Shown one piece after another: positions 1-10,900 of a DNA stretch of 64,000 bases. The stretch lies in the NCBI GenBank assembly GCA_963675755.2, contig CAXXMD010000003.1:3488001-3552000 (forward strand), read 5' to 3'. The stretch is from a bacterium (lineage in GTDB: Bacteria > Zhuqueibacterota > Zhuqueibacteria > Residuimicrobiales > Krinioviventaceae). The position numbers and the translations under genes are program-made. Within the stretch, counting starts at the first letter, position 1. Each line of letters begins with the position of its first letter. The notes under the pieces are model-generated. The model saw only the letters and a program-made list of their open reading frames with translations. It had not been told where the DNA came from and did no database searches.

Positions 1-426
1 GTAACGGCGAGCTTTCAGGCCAGTGCCCTTTATTCAACCGAACGGGACCAGTTGGGCTTAACGATTCAGGAAGAACTTGCCAAAGCTGTTGCGATACGCG
101 GTGTAATGATTGAAACTACGCCCTTGCGCAATGTTGCACTGCCGGTTCAGCTTACCGAAGCGATTGAGCAAAAACAAAAGGCTGATCAGGAAAGCCAGCG
201 GATGGAATTTATTCTAACCAAAGAAAAGCAGGAAGCTGACAGGAAACGGATCGAGGCAAAAGGTATTGCTGATTTCCAAACTATTGTAGCCGCAGGTATC
301 AGTGAACAATTACTGCGCTGGAAAGGTATTGAAGCTACAGAGAAACTTGCCAATTCTCCTAATACCAAGGTAATTATTGTTGGTGCTGGAAAAGACGGTC
401 TGCCGATAATCCTGGATACAAATTAA
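1..426 (+). CDS. SPFH/prohibitin (band 7) family protein, 5'-truncated by window edge
   Basis: Frame open from base 1; LRNVALP..AIEQKQKA.QE...EA.RKRIEAKGIA..Q coiled coil and C-terminal GLPIIL typical of prohibitin-like proteins. Confidence 0.85.
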   Translation, partial: VTASFQASALYSTERDQLGLTIQEELAKAVAIRGVMIETTPLRNVALPVQLTEAIEQKQKADQESQRMEFILTKEKQEADRKRIEAKGIADFQTIVAAGISEQLLRWKGIEATEKLANSPNTKVIIVGAGKDGLPIILDTN

Positions 427-606
427 GATAATTCTATTTGTAACCATTGGAGCTAATGAATTCAAATATGTTAATGGGTCCTGGAAATATGAATAAATTA
501 TGGATTTACTAATCAGATATTATTAAAAAGAAAAATTTTTATACACAATATTGTATTTTAAAACGACAGCTATTAATAATGTCAAAAAATAACAAGTGAA
601 CAATAT

Positions 607-876
607 ATGAAAAAATCAAATTTTAGCATAAAGAAAGAAAAAAAAGAGTATACAACGCTCGCTCAGCCATTCCAACGCCGTCTTTATCGAACTGCGCTTA
701 TTTTAACCAAAAATCACAATTTGGCAATAGATGTAGTTAAAGCGACTAACCAGAATGCCGAGGAACAATATGCTTTTTTAAACACTGAAAATAATTTTGA
801 TTTTAAAGTCTGGTTATTTCAGCTTTTAATGAATAACTTTATTCTTCATAAAAAGATCCAGGTCACTCTTTGTTAA
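607..876 (+). CDS. Small protein resembling ECF sigma factor region 2 only (degenerate)
   Basis: RLYRTALILTKN..LA.DVV and FKVWLFQLLMN resemble sigma70_r2; no region 4 follows. Confidence 0.5.
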   Translation: MKKSNFSIKKEKKEYTTLAQPFQRRLYRTALILTKNHNLAIDVVKATNQNAEEQYAFLNTENNFDFKVWLFQLLMNNFILHKKIQVTLC

Positions 877-915
877 CCAGACTTGAAATTTTTATAAAGT
901 AATAAGGAGATAAAC

Positions 916-1383
916 ATGCAGGTAGAAATAAATAAAGTTGTTGCAATTTATTATACTCTGAGTTTGGATTCAGGGGATATAATAGTTACAACAAAAGCTC
1001 AAAAACCAAAGTACATTCTTGTTGGATATCATCAAATCATTCCCGGCCTGGAAAAAGCAATACTAGAGTTGAAAATTGGTGATCAGAAGAAAGGAACAAT
1101 TGATCCAAAAGATGCTTATGGACCTATAAATGAAAAGCGCATAAGGGCGTATCCCCGAAATACTATTCCTAATAGCATTGATTTGAAAATCGGGAGAATT
1201 CTAAAAACAAGAAAGAAAAATGGCCAGCACGTAAAATCAGTTGTTAAATCATATAATGAAAAAGAGGTTATTCTTGATTCAAACCACCCTTATACAGGTG
1301 AAACGTTGAATTTTAAACTCAAAATTGTACATATCAGAGAAGCAACTCGTGAGGAACTGGAATCCGGCAAGTTAACATTATAA
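916..1383 (+). CDS. slyD: FKBP-type peptidyl-prolyl isomerase (SlyD-like)
   Basis: GYHQIIPGLEKA, P.DAYG, DSNHPYTGETLNF, IREATREELE motifs; AAGGAG RBS. Confidence 0.85.
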   Translation: MQVEINKVVAIYYTLSLDSGDIIVTTKAQKPKYILVGYHQIIPGLEKAILELKIGDQKKGTIDPKDAYGPINEKRIRAYPRNTIPNSIDLKIGRILKTRKKNGQHVKSVVKSYNEKEVILDSNHPYTGETLNFKLKIVHIREATREELESGKLTL

Positions 1384-1534
1384 AGTATATGTCCGTTAAC
1401 TCTACAAATTTTACGGAATGTGCAGAATGATAAAAATATTTGATAAGGAGGTTTGGTTAAAAGTGTAATCCTGATCAAATAAAAAGAGTCAAATAGCAAT
1501 TATTTTTTTATATAAGCATTTATAAGGAATATGA

Positions 1535-3193
1535 ATGAAAAATTTACTAAAAAAGGGTACAAGATGTCTCATTATACAATCAAAATTCTCAGCATTTAGT
1601 TATTGGAACTATACGGATATATGTGAAATTGTCGGTGCGAAATATCCGGCTGCTCCTCTGGGTTTAATGACAGTAGCAGCATTGTTACCGCAACAGTGGG
1701 AATTTAAATTGTTAGATGCAAATGTAGAACCTTTACGTGATCAGCATTTCGAATGGGCGGATATTGTTTGTACCGGGGGTATGCTTCCTCAACAGAAGAA
1801 TATTTTAGCTATCATAAACAAGGCGCATCAGTATGGTCGTCCTGTTGTTGTCGGTGGACCTGATCCGTCATTACAACCGAACATGTATGAATCTGCCGAT
1901 TACCTGGTTCAGGGAGAAGGTGAGATTACCATTCCCATGTTTATTCAGGATTTGGAAAAAGGTAGCAAGAGTGGTGTATACAGGTCAGATGAGCGGGCAG
2001 ATATGACCCGGGCTGTTGTACCCAGGTTTGATTTAATCCGATTTGAAGATTATATCCAGGTAGGGATTCAGTTTTCCCGCGGATGTCCATTTAATTGTGA
2101 ATTTTGTGATATCATTGAACTGAATGGACGAAAATCCCGGACCAAAACTGAAGAGCAGGTCATTGATGAGCTGCAGACACTTTATGATCTAGGTTATCGG
2201 GGGCATATTGATTTTGTTGACGATAATTTTATCGGTAACAAACATAATGTTAGAAAAGTGCTGCCCCAGATCAAAGAATGGTCTTTGAAACACCATTATC
2301 CTTTTTATTTTTCAACTGAAGCTTCAATAAATCTGGCTGATGATGATGAACTTTTACAAATGATGCGGGATGTGGATTTTAGATTTGTCTTTATTGGAAT
2401 AGAAACTCCCGATAATGAAATATTGAAAATGACCAAAAAAACCGCAAATATAAATATTCCTGTTGCCAAAGCTGTAAAAAAAATCAATTCTTTTGGCATG
2501 ATTGTCAATGCAGGTTTCATTATTGGTTTTGATAATGAAACAAAGCAAACCGCTTCAAACATGATCAGGTGTATTCAGGATTCGGGGATATGCATGGCTA
2601 TGTTGGGAACTTTGTATGCATTGCCGAACACACAATTAACCAGACGTTTAAAAAAAGAGGGTAGGTTGTTCGAGGATGGTTCAATACTTCGGGATTCCAA
2701 TACTGAAATAGATCAAATGACGAGCGGTTTGAATTTTATCACTGCAAGACCCCGGATCGAGGTTTTGAAGGACTATGTCCGGGTTATTAAATATATTTAT
2801 GAGCCAAAACGTTATTATGAGAGAGCTGTTCAAATGGGCCTTCAGTTGAAACCAGATTATAAATATAGACCGACTTTGAGGAAAAAATTCAAGCTTGCAA
2901 AGGCATTTATTACACTTGATTTTAAAGTTGGATTTGACAAATCAACCGGATGGCACTTTTGGAAGATGCTTTCCATAATTTTTTTTAAGAATCCCAGGGC
3001 AATTGAAGCGATGGTAAATCTGGCTGCCATGTTTATACATTTTCAAAAGATGTCAAAATTTATCATTGATCTTACAAATCTTGATATCCAAAAATTAGAG
3101 CGTAGTGAAAACAAGGATTGTACTCAATTGTTGTTTCAAAAAGAAAAATATTCTTATGGTTTGACCCAACAATTAGAGATTTTGAAAAATTAA
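1535..3193 (+). CDS. B12-binding radical SAM protein (DUF4070 type)
   Basis: PLGLMTVAA and VVGGP cobalamin-binding region; RGCPFNCEFC CxxxCxxC motif; FVDDNF. Confidence 0.9.
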   Translation: MKNLLKKGTRCLIIQSKFSAFSYWNYTDICEIVGAKYPAAPLGLMTVAALLPQQWEFKLLDANVEPLRDQHFEWADIVCTGGMLPQQKNILAIINKAHQYGRPVVVGGPDPSLQPNMYESADYLVQGEGEITIPMFIQDLEKGSKSGVYRSDERADMTRAVVPRFDLIRFEDYIQVGIQFSRGCPFNCEFCDIIELNGRKSRTKTEEQVIDELQTLYDLGYRGHIDFVDDNFIGNKHNVRKVLPQIKEWSLKHHYPFYFSTEASINLADDDELLQMMRDVDFRFVFIGIETPDNEILKMTKKTANINIPVAKAVKKINSFGMIVNAGFIIGFDNETKQTASNMIRCIQDSGICMAMLGTLYALPNTQLTRRLKKEGRLFEDGSILRDSNTEIDQMTSGLNFITARPRIEVLKDYVRVIKYIYEPKRYYERAVQMGLQLKPDYKYRPTLRKKFKLAKAFITLDFKVGFDKSTGWHFWKMLSIIFFKNPRAIEAMVNLAAMFIHFQKMSKFIIDLTNLDIQKLERSENKDCTQLLFQKEKYSYGLTQQLEILKN

Positions 3194-3559
3194 TAGAATT
3201 AATGATGTGAATATCTGGTATTATCAAATTGTCTTTCCGTTATTCTTGTCTTCATTTTCGATTTGAATGAGGAAGTTTTAATGTTTTAACTGGATTTGAC
3301 TGGCATGAAATTCGTGCAAAACTATTGGGCTTGATAAACAAAACAGGTTTACAAATTCAGATCATTTTCAATCTCGTTCAAATATGAAAATACACTACAA
3401 GGAGCCACCAGGAGAATGAATCAAAGTACCAAAACTTTGTATTTCAAGGTTTTTCCAAAAACTGCTTGTAAAATGATCCATTCTCAATGTCATTTGCATA
3501 AAAAAATTTCCTTATTTAATACGTAAAACAGTCCATTTCTTCTAAATGGTTAAAATCAT

Positions 3560-4440
3560 TCACTTCGCGTGTATCATTTTTTTAACAGTACTAAATTCTC
3601 CTGTATCCATTTCATAGAAATAAATTCCGTTTGCCAAATCAGACGCATTAAATTCAATTTTATGATTACCCGCCGATTGTTTTCCATTTACAAGCGTTTT
3701 TACTTCGCGACCCAGCAAGTCATATACAGTAATTGTAACATATCCTGATTCGGGTATTTCGTAATATATTGTTGTTGTAGGATTGAATGGATTTGGATAG
3801 TTTTGATACAACGCATATTGGGTAGCAACGGTTGTTCCGGATTTGATCTCTGTTGTATTCAAATTGCCTGAATACAAATAAACGTTGCCAATTCTTGTGT
3901 CTCCGGTATGTTCAATTGAACTGACAAGTATATCTTTATAGCCATCGTTATTTACATCACCAGCAAGAGAAATGGATTGGATGCCATCAAAATAATCGCT
4001 GATATGCAGAGTAAAGTCCGGTTCAGTATCCATTTCAGTTCCACCGAAAAAGAAATATATATTGTTTTCATCGCTTACCAATATATCATCAAAGTCATCG
4101 TGATTTATATCACCTGCATTGGCAGCGCATTTTCCAAAATTTAACAGATCTTTTTCAATAATAATATCTGGATTTTCATCCATATCAGTACCACCATAGT
4201 AGATAGAAACATAGCTGGATGGGCCTACTGTTGATCCCATATAAGGTGCTCCAACAATGATATCATTAAATCCATCATTGTTGACATCACCCGCAGATGT
4301 AATTGTATTGCCGATTCTTTGATTGCCCGATCCGGTAATGATAACATCAGGATTGCTGTCCAGCGTATTGTTTCCAAAATAAATATAGACACGTCCAACA
4401 TTCACGGTTTCGCCAGCTATTTCATAACCCGGGGCACCTA
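3560..4440 (-). pseudogene. FG-GAP repeat protein with C-terminal secretion sorting domain, N-terminally truncated
   Basis: Repeated AGDVNNDGFNDIIVGAP; C-terminal YQNYPNPFNPTT; no signal peptide, and the first ORF residues are antisense of the neighbouring beta-galactosidase. Confidence 0.75.
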
Positions 4441-6341
4441 AAGGACATGAGGTAGCTTGGGAGCAATTTGAGATACCAACAAATGCCATGCCTAAACCTA
4501 TGATCGAACTTGCAAAGATGCCGTCCCTGAAAATTCAGGATTCTGAAGATAAAGTCGTTATCGATGGAAAAGAATTTAATGTTACATTTGATCGTAAAAG
4601 TGGGATGCTCAAATCTTACAACTATCAGGGACATGAATTTATTCATTCAAATCCGGGTAATTTAAGCGGACCTGTATTGAACGTTTACCGTGCACCGTTG
4701 GATAATGATGTGAGGGTTAAAGACACCTGGGACCTTGCCGGATTGAGTGACTTGAAACATGAATTAATATCCTTTGATTTTCAAAAAATGGAGCCTCAGG
4801 TCATTCAATTGCATATAGAGAGTAAATATAAAGCAAAAGATGGAAAAGGATTCAATCATTTTTGTACATATACAATCTTTGGTAACGGTGATGTTTTTAT
4901 GGACAATTATATTGAACCTTTTGGTGAACTGCCAACGTTGCCTCGTATTGGTTTTGAAATGATAGTTCCTGCTGAATTTGAAAATTTTTGTTGGTATGGT
5001 CGTGGACCCCATGAAAATTATGCTGACCGTAAAACCGGAGCCGCTGTGGGAATGTACAAAAGTACTGTAAATGATCAATATGTACCGTATGTCAAGCCGC
5101 AGGACAATGGCAGCAAACAGGATGTTCGCTGGGCAGCCTTGCTTAATGACGAAAATACCGGGTTGGTGATTGTGAGTCGAAACGCTTTATTCTCCATGAC
5201 AGCGCTGCATTATTCAATCCACGATCTGGAAAAAACAAGACATACGAATGAATTACAGCGCAGTAACGATATTTTTATTCATATTGATGCCAGACAGAGA
5301 GGTGTTGGAAATGCCAGTTGCGGACCAGATATTTTGGAAAAGTACAAAGTTGAGCCTGAACCAACACGTTTCAGTTTCAGTTTTCGACCATACAATTCAG
5401 AAAAAGATGATCTTGCTGCCTTTTGCAGATCAGTTTTGCCAATAACAGCTGAACCGATTATTAAACGTGACAAACAGGGCATGGTTACAATGAATGCTGG
5501 TCTGGAAAATGTATTAATCCGTTATACACTTGATGGTTCTGAACCTACCTCCGCTTCTTTGGTATATAATGCTCCATTCACCAAGATTGATAAGGGAATC
5601 ATCAAAGCCCGTGCATTTACCCAAAACATGTTGACAAGCCGAACGGTTACTTTGAATGTTAAGCAACTGGATGTTATAACACCGGTCATTTTTCCTCAAG
5701 ATACATATTTTGCTGATTCGGTACTGGTAAAAATAAATAGTGAAACTGATGGTGCGGAAATTTATTATACTGTGAATGGCAGTATACCTGACCAGAATTC
5801 AATGCATTACAAAAAACCGTTCAATATTAATAAATCTATGGAAATAAAAGCAATTGCCCTTAAAAGAGGATACAAGCCAAGTCAGGTTGCGTCATCTCAA
5901 ATAGAAATAAGAATTCCCCAGGCAGACGGAATTGATTACAGATATTACGAAGGATCCTGGCAGAGATTACCGGATTTTAAAATGTTAACACCGGTTAAGA
6001 CCGGTCATGTTTCACAAATCAAACTTGACAATATTGAGATACGTAAAGAATTGTTTGGTATAGAATACAGTGGATTTATTAATATTAAAGAAGCTGGTGA
6101 ATATACATTTTTTCTCCAATCTAACGACGGCAGCAAGCTGTTTGTTGATGCAGTGGAGGTTGTTGATAATGGTGGTCAACATGGTGCACTGGTAAAACAG
6201 GGTACAATACAATTGGATGTTGGTAAACACCCTATTCAGGTTTATTATTTTGATGCAGGTGGTTCACATATGATCAAAGTTTCAATACAAAGTGCATCTA
6301 TGGAAAAACAGGAAATTCCGGTAGAAATGTATTTACGCTAG
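4431..6341 (+). pseudogene. C-terminal part of GH2 beta-galactosidase (small chain + Fn3-associated/chitobiase repeats + PA14); catalytic domain absent
   Basis: GHEVAWEQF, YRAPLDND, WYGRGPHENY.DR, YVKPQDNG, GVGNASCGP, YTLDGSEP, SNDGSKL; in-frame TAA at 4425. Confidence 0.75.
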
Positions 6342-6409
6342 TTGCCGGAGATTGAATTAATGTTATTAAATTTCAAGTATTGAGAAAATTATAATTCTTG
6401 GAGGTCCAG

Positions 6410-7882
6410 ATGTCTACTCTGCAAAAGCTTTTAATTTTGAGTGTGTTTTTATTCTTTTCTTGTAACAATAACAACACTGAAAAGCTAGTACAAAAAACAC
6501 AACCTTTAGAAAATGTAAAAAATGATTTGTTAGCGATTAATAACAAGGGTAAACTCGTTTTTACATTTTCAGTATTGGCGTATACAGTAGACTCTGATTG
6601 GGGGCAAGGCGTTCCTAAAATGGGTATGGAGCGGTTGGCAACATTAGCTCATAAATATGATATCCCGATAACATGGCTTATTGATCCCGGTTCAGGGCTT
6701 GCCATGAAGAGTAAGATAGACAAGTGGCACAAAGAATTTGGTGACGATATTGGTCTGGTCTGGGGCCATTCCCACGCAACACCCACAGCATATCGGAACC
6801 CGCAGCAGGCACTTGATTCTTTAAAAGTACTCTTTCCATGGTCAAAAGTTGATTTGGCTGCTTCGGGAACACGTTCCAATGAATTGTTACAAAAAGTAAC
6901 ACAGGCAGGCATGTCTGCAATATGGGGTTCTTGCTGGGAACAGGTTGGAATTGATAGAATTACCGACCGGGGCGCACCCTGGGGATATTTTTATGCTGCA
7001 GACGATTGTTTTAAAATCCCTTCGAGAGATGATGGGGGCTTGGTCTCTGTAGAGTGGACTACACGTGATCTGTTAAAATCCATTCATTCTCATGCTCCAA
7101 CGATTTATTCCAGTGATCCGGATGATGTTGGTAGAACAGATATCTGCACAGGTGATAATATTGACTATTGGCGTGGTTTTTTTAACAACTATATCCGTAA
7201 TATTGCTCATAATAAAGTTGTGTTTTTCCCTCAGCATCAGGAAGCACATGAAATGGAATATAGCGATGCATGCCGGGAATTTACACCTGAAGAAATTGAA
7301 AAATCTGAAAAAATGTTGGATGCTTTTTTTGCCCATGTCAAGACTTTTAATGATATGGTTGATTTTATGACTGTACCCGAGGCGGTAAATTTTTATCGGG
7401 ATAATTTTAAAGAAACTGAACCCTGTGCAATGATTTTTGATGATGTCCCGGCGCCAAAACCACCATTCTGGTATGCGGCCAAAAGTAACCGTGCTACAGG
7501 GCCCTGGCCACAAACACTTTTCTATTATGATAAGGATTGTCAGGTTGTATTTATTAAAGATCAATTTAATCCAATCTTGTTGCGCGATTATGTACATAAC
7601 AGACAAGTTGATGATCCTGATTATTTTGCAGTACAAAGAATTCCTCAAGTTAAGGTTAACACGCCTTGGGAAAGAAGAGAATTTACTGAAATTCCCCTGG
7701 AGATTAATACTGAAAAAGAAATGCCCTATGCCACAGCATTGTGGTATGATTTTACGCGTTTTAAAGTGGAAAAAGTTGAGGGCGCAGATATTATTGGTCC
7801 TATTGAAGATCAGGTTATAATTCTACGACTGAATTTGAAAAAGGGTGTGAATAAAATTGATATAAAGTTGAGCAAGATTTAA
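6410..7882 (+). CDS. Hypothetical lipoprotein, probably carbohydrate-active
   Basis: Lipobox-like LFFSC after hydrophobic leader; GGAGG RBS; lies between glycoside hydrolase genes. Confidence 0.6.
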   Translation: MSTLQKLLILSVFLFFSCNNNNTEKLVQKTQPLENVKNDLLAINNKGKLVFTFSVLAYTVDSDWGQGVPKMGMERLATLAHKYDIPITWLIDPGSGLAMKSKIDKWHKEFGDDIGLVWGHSHATPTAYRNPQQALDSLKVLFPWSKVDLAASGTRSNELLQKVTQAGMSAIWGSCWEQVGIDRITDRGAPWGYFYAADDCFKIPSRDDGGLVSVEWTTRDLLKSIHSHAPTIYSSDPDDVGRTDICTGDNIDYWRGFFNNYIRNIAHNKVVFFPQHQEAHEMEYSDACREFTPEEIEKSEKMLDAFFAHVKTFNDMVDFMTVPEAVNFYRDNFKETEPCAMIFDDVPAPKPPFWYAAKSNRATGPWPQTLFYYDKDCQVVFIKDQFNPILLRDYVHNRQVDDPDYFAVQRIPQVKVNTPWERREFTEIPLEINTEKEMPYATALWYDFTRFKVEKVEGADIIGPIEDQVIILRLNLKKGVNKIDIKLSKI

Positions 7883-7994
7883 AGTTTGCACTTTTAAGAA
7901 CGAAAAAGTATCAATAGTTCTAAATTAGGAATGATTGATAAAAACAATGATTTGAAAACATTTGCTTTAATAATATCAATAAAGGAAAAGTGAA

Positions 7995-10900
7995 ATGATA
8001 AAATTTAAAACATTACTCTCAAGCTATAGTTCTTTTCAATTCATTCTTCTTTTTGTTCATTTATTATTTTCGCTTTTCTTTATACAAAATACTTTTGCAG
8101 AGAATACAAAGCAAAATTGTAGTTTAACGCTGGTACCTCCATCACCGGTTAGTGACCAGATTGTAGTTACAATACGAAGCGCTTTGAGGAATCAATTTGA
8201 TCAGGATAAAGAATTTGAAGCTGCAATTTATCTGGATCGGGAAGACGATGCTGCTTTATTATATAAGGAATCTGTAATTGTACCTGCAAAGTCAGTAAAA
8301 GGAATCTCTTTTCGCTGGCATACAAAAGACTATGCAGGAGATCATGAGATTATCTTAAAAGTAAAATCCGGGAAAAATGTATCAAAACAAAAACAGTTTT
8401 TAAAAATAGTTAAATCTGATAATCCATCGATAGCTACAATTGACGGTGCCTGGTGTGGCTTTTATATGTGGGGTAATGAGGGCGTACTATGGATGGATGA
8501 ATTGGTAAAAATGACCGAAATTCAGTGGCGTGAACTTGTTCGTGCTATGGATGAAATTGGCATGAATATAATTGTACTTCAAGAATCTTTTCGTAATCAA
8601 GAATATGCTGATGCTCATTCCATTGAGCAGGAAGGGTATAAAGGAAAAGCTTTTTATCCTTCCCGTTTATTTCCTGGACGAATGTCAATTGAATCTAAAG
8701 ATCCTTTAGAAGTTATTCTTTGTGAAGCAGATGAACGTGGTATGCATGTATTTGTACCGGTTGGTCTTTATGCCTGGTTTGATTTTAGTAAAGGTTCCCT
8801 GCAATGGCATAAAAAGGTTGCAACTGAACTGTGGCAACGTTATGGTCACCATTCTTCATTTTATGGGTGGTATATTTCTGAAGAGGTTGATGGTTCGCTT
8901 TCCTCAAATAATACTGATGATATTGTTATCAATCGACATCACGCTGATATTGTCCATTTCTTTAAAGAGTTTCAGGCCCATGTTCGCACATTAACACCTG
9001 ACAAACCGGTCTTATTTGCTCCCAGTTGTCATAATATCAGGGACGGGCTGAATGTTTATCCTAAACTGTTGCCTCATATTGATATACTTTGTCCTTTTGG
9101 TTTTAGTCGAATGCCGGAAGGTGATCTGACTGGCGAGCAGGCAGCAGCTCAACTGCAGCAACTTTGTGACAATGCGGGTACACACTTTTGGATGGACCTG
9201 GAAGCTTTTTTATTTGGTGAACATGAAGAACTCTATCCACGAGATATTGAAGGTATAATCAGTGATTTGAATCGTTTCAACAATTTTGAAAAAATAATTT
9301 GTTTTCAATATCCAGGACTTTTTAATGCACCCTGGGCATCACGCAAGCCCGGTGGCGAAGCGACAGTCAAGCTTTATCGTGATTATAAATCATATTATGA
9401 CAAGAAAACTGTTGAATTTGAAAATCAAGAGCTTTTAAGTAACAATGATATAGCCGAGTATCGAAATCCGGCATTACCTGTTGAAAAACGAGTCAATGAT
9501 TTGTTGAATCGTATGTCATTTGCCGAAAAGGTGGATATGGTGAGCGGGGCTGGATTTACTACAAAACCCAACATTCGTCTGGGTATCCCTGAAATTGTTA
9601 TGACCGATGGCCCACTGGGACCCAATACAAAAGGTCGCGCAACAAATTATTCTGCAAGTATCAATATGGCATCTACCTGGGATGATTTATTAATCAAACG
9701 GGTTGGTGTTTCCATGGGCGAGGAAACGCGCGTTTTAGGCCGCAACATGCTCCTGGGCCCTTGCCTGAATATTGCCCGGGTACCTCAACATGGCAGAACA
9801 TTTGAAAGTTTTGGTGAAGATCCATTCCTGACGTCACGAATGGCTGTGGCTTATATTAAAGGTGTACAGAGCCAGCGGGTTATAACCAGTACTAAACATT
9901 TTGCTGTAAATAATCAGGAATGGAATCGAGGTGTTGTAGATGTGAATGTGGACGAACGAGCGCTACGCGAAATTTATTTACCTGCATTTAAAGCTGCAGT
10001 TCAGGAAGCTGACACGTGGTCTATTATGGCAGCGTATAATAAATTCCGAGGTGCTTATTGTTGCTCCAACCGGTATCTATTGACTGATATACTCAAAAAT
10101 GATTGGGGATTTGATGGGTTTGTTGTATCGGATTGGGGTGGAGTGCACAATACGGTGCAGACAGCGAATTCAGGGCTCGATTTGGAAATGCCTGATGGTG
10201 CATTTTTAGGTGATGATTTGATTGCAGCAATTGAGCACGGGGAGGTTTCAAAAGATGTTGTTGATGAAAAAGTCCGTCGGATATTATGGGTTATGTTCAA
10301 AGCAGGTCTTTTTGACGAGTCGGTAAAAGATTATGGTGGATTAGCTAATACGGAAGAACGTCGTGCTCTGGCATTAGAAGTAGCTCGTAAAAGTATTGTT
10401 TTGCTTAAAAATGAAAATAAAATATTACCGTTGGACCGAAACAAGATAAAATCCATTGCTGTGATTGGTCCTAATGCTGATGAAGCCCGAATGTATGGTG
10501 GAGGCAGCGGATATTTACCCGCACACTATGCAATATCACCGCTTCTGGGTTTACATGATAGGGTAGGAGACGATATTGAAATCCGATTTGTTAAAAGCGG
10601 TCGTCTCAAACGCCAGACATTGCCTGCAATAGAATCCATATTATTAACTCCTTCCGGAGCAAAAACGGGTGAACACGGCCTATTGGGTGAATATTTTAAC
10701 AATAAAGACCTTGAGGGAGAGCCTGCTCTAAGTAGAATTGATGATCAGGTCGATTTTAGTTGGGACACTGATTCACCTGCTCCTGGTGTTTTGAATGAAG
10801 ATTTGTTTTCAGCAAGATGGACAGGTACATTCACATCTCCCGGTTCTGGTATGTTTGAATTGGGTATTATGAGTGATAATGGCTGTAGGCTCTATTTGGA

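Noticed and set aside
3300-3320. Sigma54 promoter TGGCATGAAATTCGTGC
   Set aside because: GG-N10-GC spacing is not satisfied.
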